Positions 46,463 through 46,578 of a stretch of 46,578 nucleotides of DNA are shown here, piece by piece (within the stretch, counting starts at the first letter, position 1; each line of letters starts with the position of its first letter). The translations under genes and the position numbers were made by a program. The stretch lies in contig PWVE01000162.1 in assembly GCA_003562335.1 (NCBI GenBank), forward strand, positions 1 through 46,578, in the 5' to 3' direction. The stretch comes from PVC group bacterium (GTDB lineage: Bacteria; Verrucomicrobiota; Kiritimatiellia; SLAD01). The notes under the pieces were generated by a model, which saw only the letters and a program-made list of their open reading frames with translations, did no database searches and was not told the DNA's origin.

Positions 46463-46578
46463 GTGAACTCCCTTTATTATGGTCTGACATTCAGGCGCAA
46501 ATTATATTCGCCGCGCTCGGGTATATCAATAGCACACTAATCCAGGCTCTTGCAAAACCTCCTGTTCATAAGGGCAGG

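Overview
High-GC (about 60 %) bacterial chromosomal window, almost fully coding. I can support 39 protein genes, one of them weak, and one tRNA.

Gene content, left to right:
- priA and a YjbQ-like gene.
- An ECF sigma factor with a small soluble ZAS-type anti-sigma factor.
- A three-gene locus on the + strand: a STAS-like protein, a divergent GalU-like enzyme, and a ~1108-aa fusion of a GHMP-kinase-like and a UDPGP-like module.
- A 167-bp MITE-like insertion, followed by an AT-rich non-coding island.
- A DUF2851 gene, pfk, a membrane-anchored redoxin and a secreted alpha/beta hydrolase.
- A short BLUF photoreceptor, divergent from a stand-alone NuoL/MrpD-like antiporter subunit.
- A 21.5-kb uninterrupted minus-strand string: gspE-F-G-H-I-J-K-L-M-D, then rhaA-rhaB-aldolase, then cysNC-cysQ-cysD, then mfd.
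- Two tandem GT4 glycosyltransferases, then hisF-hisI-trpE-trpG, tRNA-Val(TAC) and a small beta-barrel-like outer membrane protein.

The gene flavour (DUF2851, the T2SS gene order, a TSP3-like secreted hydrolase) suggests a PVC-type organism. That is inference only.

I found no rRNA, CRISPR array, transposase or recognisable defence system.

Most notable observations:
1. The uncharacterised sugar-nucleotide-like locus at 4062-8625.
2. The MITE-like element, with 16-bp perfect terminal inverted repeats and CTAA flanks, sitting exactly on a stop codon.
3. A ~145-nt promoter plus 5'-end module of the hydrolase gene that recurs as an orphan, frame-broken copy 2.8 kb away.
4. Inverted arrays of 7-bp repeats upstream of the ECF sigma gene.
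5. The BLUF/antiporter pair.
6. Active-site deviations in PFK and HisI.
7. Interleaved inverted repeats inside the rha intergenic region.

All functional calls rest on motifs I recognise by eye; no database search was possible.
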